From Rhizophagus irregularis (lineage: Eukaryota): a stretch of DNA of 64,000 bases. The DNA is taken from NCBI RefSeq assembly GCF_026210795.1, contig NC_089436.1, positions 2,418,001 to 2,482,000 on the forward strand. Direction: 5' to 3'. Below are positions 10,696 to 20,759 of this stretch, one piece after another. The notes under the pieces were generated by a model. It was not told where the DNA came from. It did no database searches and was given only the letters and a program-made list of their open reading frames with translations. How positions within the stretch are numbered: position 1 is the first letter of the stretch; every line of letters begins with the position of its first letter. The translations under genes were made by a program, and so were the position numbers.

Positions 10696-13600
10696 CAGTC
10701 AGGCGATATGTCTGATGATCAGCAGGGGGTTTGCATTTTATAGTGATCTGCATAATAAAAAAATTTTTTTTTTCATAGTAAATTTTGCATTTATTATGAC
10801 GTTTCAGTACATTTGCATAATTGTAGCACAAATTGAATTATACGAATAGATAAATTGAGTAACGTGAATTATTTTTTATCATTTTTATTTTAAACTGCTT
10901 GTTCTTTATGGAGAATCTTCAATAATAAAGAGTATATTTCATTGCGAAATCAGCACAGTAGTACAATGGAAATGTTTGATTTTTATGACTTAAATGATCA
11001 AATAAGTGTGTTTTCTGATACAGACAGCGGGTTTAAGGAAAGTTATGATAATGAAGAATATGAAAATAACCAATATGAGGATGACTTCGTAATAGATTTT
11101 GATGAAGAAGGGTATTTTCGTGCATTAAATTCTTTAATTAATGAAACAGATGAAAGTGACATTGAACCTGATGATACAGAATCTGAATTGTCTGAAATTT
11201 CAGAACCAGACGAAGATTTTTATCAAGTCATTGGCCAAGATACTGATAGTAAATTAACGTCTTGTATTTTAATTGACTATATAGATGGAACATATCGAAC
11301 ATGTGGACAAGTTAATTGTAAGAAAAGGTTGCGGGAATTAATTGGCATCTGGCAGATTGATAGCGAAATAGTTACAGCAGTTAAAAATGATCTTTCAAAA
11401 TTAGGTGTGTGTATGTCTCACTTCAATTTTGATCAAAGAATTCATAAAAAAAAATAAAATCAATGACAAAAAGCACTGAGGAAAGTCGTATACAACAACG
11501 CCAATGTTTATTCTGTCATCAGAACCATCATTACTTTACAAGGGGAATTGGTTGTACACAACATTCATGGGTTATATTGGATAGAGTCATTCTTACGCCT
11601 TGCATTGGGCAGATAGATTGTTACGCGTTGAAAGAAAGTGGTAATTTTTGTAAATCTTCATTAAAGAACTTTTCCCGGCCTCGATTCTCATGTGGTAATT
11701 GTTTTGTTGATAAGGGTGGTCATTTATACACCAAGCCAGGTAAAGGTAAAAAAAAGAAGGTCGGATGTGAAGAGCATCATGTAGCAGATACATCTACACA
11801 ACTTGAAATTATCGGAAGATGGTTTATTAGAATAGCAAAGTTTGGTGAAGATAAATTTAAAAATAAAACTCTAGCAGCCATTGCACCTTCAATTTTTCAA
11901 ATTCTTCAAGAAATTCGTCCAACAAAACACACTTCTGAACCTACCATATCAGAATCAGTTTCAGAAGAAATTCCTGATGTTCCAAGTTTATTTATGTTGC
12001 ATGTTGGCATGCAACTAAAACAAATTAATATTGAAGTTATAACACAAGAGGATTTGAAAGATCAGTTTTGTCAAGATTTAGGAAAACAATTTGCATTAAA
12101 AATATGGAAATCTCGAATTGAATTAACTTTAAATAAGAATCAATTACAGAATCCACAATCCATAGGTGAATACGTATCCAGTTTTCCTTCATGGTTGGTA
12201 AATTTTTTTTATGCATTTTTAACTGGTATCTATGAAAAAAAAATGGCTATTGTAAATCAAAGACGAAAAGCAAGAAATATATCAATAAAAGCTAATGATC
12301 CAGTTCAAATTACCAAAATTGTTTCATTATTCTTATCCATTTTGATTAGCATTACCTTTCCTTCACTTCAAATCTGGTTTTCTACAATAATTGCCAGCCT
12401 TACACGAAAACCAAAAATGGCGGGTGATTTAACAAATCTTCTTGCTGTCTTAAAAGTTTTATCTGCACTGTAAGGAACATGAACGAAGATTAGAAAAAGA
12501 GAGAATGAATAAAGTAGATCCAACAAAGCGTTTAAAAAAAAATTCTTACTTTTGGAATCTAGCCGTAATAGACAATATAGACTTTAAGGAAAAAACTTTT
12601 TCCTATGGCAATATATTTGACATTACACGTGGCACATCACATGCAACTCTTCGAATGGTATTTCAAACACCTTTACAAACTCCTATTATTGAAACTAAAC
12701 ACGATGAAAAAGCATTGGTATCTCATCGAATTTTTGGAATAAATGTCACTGCACAGAAAATATTAGATCTTTATGATGAAATATTAGATGAATGTTTAGG
12801 ATTTTATTATTCTAATAATGATCATGAAAACTTACAATTTGAGACAAATTTTGATATTTCTACAGTACATAAAAAACTTATTGAAAGAATGGATCGAGGA
12901 TGTTTTGGAGACCTACAGCATGTAGTAATTTTGGAAGCGGGTGGTATTCCAAATACAAATGAGGGAATCTTTAATGCAGCAAAAATGTATAAAAATGATT
13001 TTTCGTTAAGTTCTGATGAATATTTGGATATCGTTGCTGATGAATCTATATTTCGGCGGTTAATAAATTTACGAAAAGAGTGGCCAAACCTTCGACCTAT
13101 TCTTGGTTCATGGCATACTAACAAAGATATGGCATCAGCTCTTATTAGTATATTCTCAAGCTACGGAATTTTTGATTTAGCTGCTGCAGTTGGAGTCAAA
13201 TATATAGACAAATTGGAGAAGGTTGTTGACTATCGGGCTACAGTCCGGATTATAGAATTAATTTGGGTTTCAGTTGGTATAGCTTTACGAATACATTTAA
13301 AGTCAAAAAATATGCATAAATATGATATTATGGATGACAAATATGAAGAATACCAAATACTTAAAATCTGGTATTTATTTTATAATTGGGCGGGTTTATT
13401 TATTGCACATAGAATTGGTATTCGAATAGGAAATTTTAATATTCAAAAGAATACTTTAGCTGCTTTTAGTCCCCTGCTTCCTTCAGCTGGAAAATCTAAT
13501 TATGCTCAATCGGTTTCACATTTCTTTGGAATTCTTGAACAATACCCCAAATTAGAGGAAAAATTGCAAGTTGCAGGGTCTTTTAAAGTATCAGAAGATA

Positions 13601-14843
13601 GATTTGGACATTTTATGGCATTTGACGAAGCTCTAGAAACATTCGGAGTAAAATTTATTAAGCAGAATGTTACAGGTAATGTTATAGATCAGGAAAACCT
13701 TAAGCGACAAGTGAAAGCATCTCAGTCAGAGTATGAACGAATAGAATTATTTTTGAATGAATATTTGCATAACAATACCTCTACTAATCATGAACGATCA
13801 ACAAATTTAAGAAAAGATGAAATGTGGAGTTTGGTGGAGAAATTGTTGATAGCTTTTGATACCAAAGATTTCAATCATTATAATCAAACACATGATCTTT
13901 TCCATACTTCATATCCAAAAGAGATTCATGCTGATGGAATAAGACGATTAAAGGAATGCTATAAGCGGGGACTTCACCGTATACATCTCATATATGCACA
14001 AGAAGTGTTAAAAAAAGAAAAAATTGATACTACAGGACGAAGGGTAAAAGAAGTATTAGTTACCAAATGTAAAGATATTGAAAAACCTCCCAGAAAAAGA
14101 AAAAACACAAATATTTTAGATAACCAACCTGGATCATCTGATGAACCACCTAAGAAGCGAGTACGTCGAATTCCATCAAAAGAAGCTGTTGAAATACTTG
14201 CCCCGATGGTGGCCCATTCTTTACCACCTACTAAAGAAGAAGTACAACGATATCTTGCTGCACTTGAAGGTATATCTTCATCTTCAGATATTTGGGACGC
14301 AGCTCGATTAACTCAGTATTATAAAAATCGACATAAAAAAGCTAAATAATGGCAAGGAAAACGGTTAATAACAATATTTGAAATTATAAAATAAAAAAAA
14401 ACATTTTAAATAAAAAAAACCTTATATTTGTTTACTAGTTAACTACATACTATATTATTTAAAATTACAATGTCACTTTAAAGCTCTATTATCTGTTATA
14501 TATCAAAACTAGTATTAGTGATAGTGTATGCGACTCAACTGGACTCGCAAATCTAAGATTACTTCCAAAATTGTAATATTTCTTCCGTTTGGAGAATCCT
14601 TGCCATAAGTACGAAAATTAAGACCATATTTAACTAATTAAAATAAGACCAGAAGCAGGAAAAAGTAAGAAATTTCTTTAGAAATGTATAGTTTGAAACT
14701 TGGAAAACGAAGTTTATTTAGAAAGAATTCGCAGTTAATATATGACAATTTGACGTTAATATATTCCCTAACTTCTACGAATGATTGTTACACAAAACAA
14801 TTTAATTAATGATCTGCACTCAATCAGACATATCGCCTGACTG
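10696..14843 (+). mobile_element. Full-length TIR DNA transposon, 21-bp perfect TIRs, flanked by TTAA; unclassified (DUF6589-like)
   Basis: CAGTCAGGCGATATGTCTGAT at 10696-10716 and ATCAGACATATCGCCTGACTG at 14823-14843; TTAA at 10692-10695 and 14844-14847; encloses one long coding region. Confidence 0.92.
10966..14349 (+). CDS. Putative transposase (~1,125 aa when two frameshifts are joined): acidic N-terminus, Cys/His clusters, DUF6589-like core, NLS-like tracts, homeodomain-like C-terminus
   Basis: ORFs 10942-11457, 11463-12473 and 12505-14349 join through single-base shifts at an A9 run (11446-11454) and near 12465. Motifs AVIDNIDF, TSHATLRMVFQ, DIVADESIF, LGSWHTNK, GKSNYA, FDEALE; RKRK and PPKKRVRR; WDAARLTQYYKNRHKK. 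The DUF6589 assignment is from memory of the motifs. Confidence 0.7.
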
Positions 14844-16822
14844 TTAAGCCTATTAGGTATACTTCAGACATGTATATCGGCACTATCTGATAAATGTACG
14901 ATATCTATCCGATATTTTACTATAATATATCGGGTATCTGATAAATCTATGATATGTGACTGATATTTGACTACCTGATATGTATAAGATATGTACATGA
15001 TGTTTACAATATATGTCACCGATTTTCTACATTTTTACTACACTTATCGGGCACCTGATATATGTAGTATTGTTAAATATCATACACATATATCACATAT
15101 ATTGCACACATATCGGGTACCCGATATGTACCCGATAACCTTCGATTTCGACTATGCGTTGCGTCTTCATAATTCTTTTGAAAGAGAGTTGATTATAAAA
15201 AAATATTTACTGATTATGAAAATACATACCTTTTATGACGTATTTTTATAATTACGTTTTGCAATTTCAAAGAATATATCATGAAAAATTCTTTTTACCA
15301 AATCACGTTAATATGACAGGAATTAACCAATTAAAATGTTGGTGTAATTGCTGATTATTCTAGAATCATTCCAGAACGTGATCTATTACACAATCCAATT
15401 TTGGAAATATCCCAGACTGAAGTAGTTAATATGCTATTTAAAGAGCTAACATGCATAGAATCAATTCCTAATATAATAATTTTCGTTAAATTTAATAAAT
15501 ATAACTGAAAAGTTGATATAAAAATTAAGATTCTAGAGCCGTTAGAAGCTTTTCTAATATATTAATAAAAATCAATATGTTTTCTGAAGTTGGAGAACCC
15601 ACACAGAATTAAGAAATATAATATCAAAATTAAGATTCTAAAACTAATAGAAGCTTTTCTAATATAATAAGAAAAATCAATATTGTTTTTAACGTTCTAT
15701 GACCTGTACACACAATGTTTCAGTGGGGGCTGGACCTTCAGTCCTTAAACTCCCACTTTCACATTGTATTCTTTTCTTTTTATAGGATTGTTCAGAATTT
15801 TTTTCTTTTTTTAAGTCAGTTCAAATTTTCTTTTTTTTTTTTGTAAGTTGGGTTCAGATTCTTTTTTTCTTTTTATAGGTTTTTTCAGTTTTGTTGCTTC
15901 AGAATCTTCTTTTTTTGTAGGTCAGTTTTGGATTTATTTTGTTGTTTTAGTTTCTTTTTCATCAGATGCTTCATAATTCTTTTCATTTATATAGATCAGA
16001 CATTCTGGAGTTCTCTTTCTTTTTTTGTAGGAATGCTAACTTTTGGTAACTTGGACGATTGCAGATACTATATGAAGGGGAAGTTTTGTTTCCAATTAAG
16101 TCAGTTAGACATTCTTATGTTTCTTTTTTTTATTTTTTTTAAGTTGTTTAACTTCAAATGAACCTGAACTTATAGATAATTTTGGTTGCAATAAGTGGTT
16201 TTAATAAGGAGAGAATTATTTGTATTTTATTTATTTTTTATTTTTTATTTAATTTAATAAAGTAAAATTAGATTTATGTAAATATAATTATAATAAACTG
16301 TAATACAAATAGTAAATTCAGTGACCAAATCATATAAATTTCATGATAAAATCAGTGATCAAATCATGTAAATTTCATATGAATTCTGTGCAAATTCTGT
16401 ATCCAAACCATATTTTTAGTAATACAAAATTATGCATTTTTTTGTATCCTATTATGATATGTTATTTTTAAGGAAAAAAATCATATAAAAACTTTATACC
16501 AATTTTTTTATAGGGTATATTGCTTTTTAATTTAATATGTTTTACTTTTCTATCACAAATTTTACTTTTTGATTTTATAAGTTTTATCATCATTTTATTC
16601 TTTACTTTTTTACATGAGTTTTATTCTTTATACTATAATTAATAGTCCTATTAAAAATAAATAAAGTATGAATTTAATAATTAATAAACTTTAATTAAAT
16701 GTTTTTTTTTAAACCATTATAATACAAAAAAAAATTTGCAAATAAAAGTATTGCAAATTTTTAACAAAAATAAATTAAAATTAACCAATTAAAATTGATT
16801 GGTGTAAAATATAAAATTTTTA

Positions 16823-16873
16823 GAGGGGGATTTAATCTGAGTTATTTAACTCAAGAGGCAAATTAACAAAACT
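16823..16873. repeat. Degenerate solo MULE-like TIR
   Basis: ...TTAACTCAAGAGGCAAATTAACAAAACTC resembles the right TIR of the 26044-30587 MULE (TTCACCCGGAGTGCAAATTAGCAAGCTTC); no partner found. Confidence 0.35.
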
Positions 16874-17531
16874 CAAAAAAAATACTTTTATAATATTTTT
16901 TATTAAATTTTTATATAAATTTTTTTTTAAGTATTAATTTAAATATAAATTAAGTTAATAAAATAAGTTGAATATCTAACTGTAACTTGAAATTAGGTTA
17001 TAAATTTAATAATTTAACCTGAATATTTTAAATTAATCTATTAGATTATTTAATTTATTAGATTAGATTTAAAGCTTTAAATAAAATTACCATTATTTAA
17101 TTTGTTTAATAAAATAACTATAATAAACCTATTTCAAATATAATAAAATTATATTTTATATATAATTATACTTTTTTATAATCACAGAAAATAGGTTATT
17201 CCAATTGACTGTAATATTAATTATTCTATAAAGTAAGAAATTTAAATGTTATACAAAAATAATACAAAAGTAATCACTTTTAAAAAAACTTTATAATATT
17301 AAATTTTACAATTTACTAAAAAAAAAAAATTTATTAAAATTGGATTATTGAATACTAAAAAATTTGCAAAAAATAGGTTTTTTAAATTTTAGCAAAAAAA
17401 GGTAAATTTATATATTAAATATTTAGAATTTTATACATAATATTGAATTATATAAATAAAGCATTATTTTTAATAGGTTTTATTTTTTATCATACTTGCA
17501 TTATATATAGAAAATAATAATTTTACGCAGA

Positions 17532-17659
17532 TACGTTGCAACGCATCCTTCTTTTTTAAAAATTTTTAAATAGTAAATTTGTTGATCATTTATGATCATA
17601 TTATGATCAGCAAATTTACTATTTAATAATTTCCAAAAAAGGTAATGCGTTCAAACGTA
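17532..17659. mobile_element. Small foldback element / MITE
   Basis: TACGTTGCAACGCAT...AAATAGTAAATTTGTTGATCAT / ATGATCAGCAAATTTACTATTT...ATGCGTTCAAACGTA form an imperfect palindrome. Confidence 0.6.
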
Positions 17660-17760
17660 AATGTATTTAAATTTTAAACTTTTATATATATTGTACTTCT
17701 ATAATATATTATACAGTCAACTCCCTCTATAGTTACTCCCGTTATAGTCACATTCTACTA

Positions 17761-17957
17761 CAGTGACACCTCTCTAAGTGCACCCTCCTTGGGACCATAG
17801 TAAAAAAATAGTAGAATGTGCACTTAGAGAGGGTGTGCATTTATAGAGAGTAAAATATTAAGAGCTCTTATAAGTTGGGACCAGGCCTACCGTGCACTTA
17901 AAGAGAATTTATATAGTGCATGCACTTATAGAGGGTGCACTTATAGAGGTGTCACTG
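17761..17957. mobile_element. Tc1/mariner-pogo type MITE (197 bp, TA TSD) nested in the previous element
   Basis: TA|CAGTGACACCTCTCTAAGTGCACCCTC ... GAGGGTGCACTTATAGAGGTGTCACTG|TA; internal GTGCACTTA repeats. Confidence 0.92.
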
Positions 17958-18824
17958 TATATAGTCACACCAGTTGAATGTTCAAAACACTTTATTATTA
18001 AAATCTATCCTATATAGTCACAATCTATCTATAGTCACTATCACACCTATCCTCAAAAATCTTATATTAAAAAGAACCGTTTATAATCACAGTTATATAA
18101 AGAATATATTAAATAACTTGGCATCTAATAATCGTACAAAGATGTATCATAGCTTGTTAGAATCGTCTCACTGAGACGAATCGAATAGTGGTAGTTTTAT
18201 CCTTTTCCTTTCACTGGCTGACGAGTTATTCAACAAAATGTTAAACATCAGCATTATAATATTTCTTGATTTACGTTTACTGCGCCATTTAACATTTTGC
18301 TAGATTTCTCAGTACCTAGTGATTGTAGAAAGACGATTTATAGCTCGTTGGAATCGCCTCATCGAGATGAATCGAATGGTGGTAAGCTCAATATTGACGG
18401 AGTTATTACTTAAAAACCATTTAATATTTTTTAATTTTGGAAATTGATCTAGTGATTGGATTTCGATGTATCTTATACCATTAGATTCATCTCATCAAGA
18501 CGAATCGAATGGTAGTAAGATCGTCTTTCTAGGATTAATATTGGCAGAGTTATTACACAAAAACCATTAATATTTTTTTAATTTTGGAAATTAATCTAGT
18601 GATTGGATTTCGACGTATTTTATACCATTAGAACCGTCTCATCAAGACGAATCGAATGGCGGTAAGATCATCTCTCTACGATTAATATTGGCGAAGTTAT
18701 GATACAATAAAGTTTTAAGTATAATTCTGGCTAAAATTATGTTAATTTTTGGCCGGAATTATGATATACAAATATAAGAAATTTTTTATATAGTCACATC
18801 TCTTTATAATCACCAAATATTAAT

Positions 18825-20357
18825 ATCATCTCTTCCATTTTTCCTTCTGCTTTACGTTCAGAAGTTTTTGCTTTATTGCACGGATTGGACTCCCGCCTTC
18901 GTTAAAGATTATTCTGTCGCCACTGATTGTCTTCAATTACTTTCTTTATGGTCTTTGTATGTGGATGCTCCTTTTATTCCCAGAATGCTTAAAGAATCCA
19001 ACCACCTTTTGTGGTCCTCCATACGCACTATTATGTTGCAAAAGAATCTGGATGTTACCTTGATCAAGGTTCCTGCTCATGCTGATGACCCTTTGAATAA
19101 TCATGTGGATGCATTAGCCAAAGCCGCTCATACTGACTCACATCTTTCTTCTTGCCCACCATTGGAATTGATAGCTCCTTGCATTTTACAATTTAATTCC
19201 TTACCTGTGGATATGAATATCCGGAAATTTATTAGAAATATGTTTGACGCCAAAAGTCTTTTAACTCTTGCTGTATTACCAAGATTTAATTCCTATTCTT
19301 CAACTTCTGATATTGATTGGGCTTGCTCCAAATTTTGTCTCAATAACAATAAGCATTTTGTCTCTCATCGGAATGGCCGTTCTGAGTTTTGTGGTTTCCG
19401 TATCAAGCTACTTTTAGATATGCTTCCAACGCTTACAACTCTTCAGAGACGAAAGCCTCATCTTTATAATCCAAGTTGGCTTTGTCCTCAATATAATTCT
19501 TTTCCTGAGACTTTAGACCACTTGTGGACTTGTCCTTATATTTTACCAGAATTTAGCCCTTTACAAACTTTTAAAACATTACTATTGGCTCTTCGGACTA
19601 CTTATCTTGATAATTTCCTTTCCGCGTCATCTTTAATTCCTTTACCGGACTCTTTTGCTGCTGAATTTATGGCTCTTAATTGTTGGGATTGTGACCCTCC
19701 TTCAATTTCCTGCCTGCGACTCACAAGAGGACTTATACCGATATTTTTGACAGAATTTCTTGGAATTTATTTTTCTTCACCTACCATATGGTCTATCTTA
19801 GATACACCTTTGCACGACTTTCATTTTGACCTTTATGTTCAAATCTGGTTGTGCCGATCCATTTTCTTTCATTATTGGGAATTAGCTCAAGGCATTACAA
19901 AGAAAATGAAATCGTCAGCTCTTGGGCCTTCTTCTATTCTTCGACCTTCCTCTAACATTCTTCTTGACTCTTCGACACCTTCCTTGGCGACAGCTTTCTT
20001 GGATTCCTGGGTTTCTTGGGTTTCCTCTTCTATAATCCGTGGGGGATCTTGGATTTCGCATTTGGATTTTTGGCGTCGCTTAACAGTTCAGCCTCTACTT
20101 AGGATTTCTTTTTGGTAACGGATTGGATCTTAGGACATGCTGGATAGTTGACTCACACTGGCCTTCGGGTAAAGATGGGGTATGCGTTTCTGTAATAGTT
20201 TAGTTTTTCTTTACTTAATTTTATTTTGTTTAGATTTCTTTACTTGTATGAATCGTGAAGCTAGTTCTTTTTATTTTTTATGTTTAATTCTTATATTTGA
20301 TATTTGTAATATTGTTCGATCTGTTTATTGTACTTTTCGTTTAAATTTAATAATAAA
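18825..20357 (+). mobile_element. 5'-truncated non-LTR retrotransposon (RNase H C-terminal part, CCHC-type finger, 3' UTR)
   Basis: ORF 18868-20118: ATDCLQLL, NHLLWSSI, LIKVPAHADDPLNNHVDALAK (RNase H), LPTLTTLQRRKPHLY, CPQYNSFPETLDHLWTC. T-rich 3' UTR ending in an A-rich tail; exact ends uncertain. Confidence 0.85.
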
Positions 20358-20759
20358 AGATAAAGTCATAAGACTGTTTGCTCATAATCACCAAATATGG
20401 ACTGTCCCAAATGTGTGACTATAAAGAGAGTTGACTGTATATAAAATCAAAAATGACATTCTAAATCCTTTTTTATATATTAAAAAAGGAGTTTGCTATT
20501 TATCACCGGTGGTGATCATCACCGCTATCACGTGATAATATTTAAATCACTTCGATTATAATTAATAAAGCGCAAATTTACCACAAACGTAATTTATTTA
20601 ATTTATTTACAAAATGCCGCTTCTAAACTTAAACTCTAAAAATTTGTGGCATGTTACACACACGCGTCTATCGTAATTCTAAAATTTGATTAAACCAATC
20701 AAATGTAATACAATGTACAGGCGCATTTTTATTAGCTACCCTACCAAACTCCACATTCA

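Larger units (their letters stand above)
4458..15156 (+). mobile_element. Probable 5'-truncated CMC/CACTA element carrying the transposase, a Myb/SANT gene and a nested TIR element
   Basis: Subterminal repeat array (ATATCGGGYAYCYGAT) at 14875-15137, ending ...TTCGATTTCGACTATG (15156), similar to the TTTTCGACCTGTG end of the 987-1473 MITE. Linking this end to the transposase is inference; no left TIR or TSD is visible. Confidence 0.5.
17714..20437. mobile_element. Non-autonomous Tc1/mariner-pogo type element (TA TSD) containing two nested insertions
   Basis: TA|CAGTCAACTCCCTCTATAGTTAC at 17714 and GTGACTATAAAGAGAGTTGACTG|TA ending 20437; internal TATAGTCAC repeats. Confidence 0.88.

Noticed and set aside
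12822..13124. Antisense ORFs overlapping transposase or polB genes (also 2220-2474, 4632-4865, 11593-11793, 28618-28809)
   Set aside because: Shadow frames of real coding sequence with no independent motifs.
15711..15745. CACAATG as a Transib/RSS-like terminus
   Set aside because: No matching inverted end with a 5-bp TSD was found.
18112..18705. CRISPR-like array
   Set aside because: Eukaryotic context, no cas genes, and the spacers are themselves homologous. These are tandem module copies.
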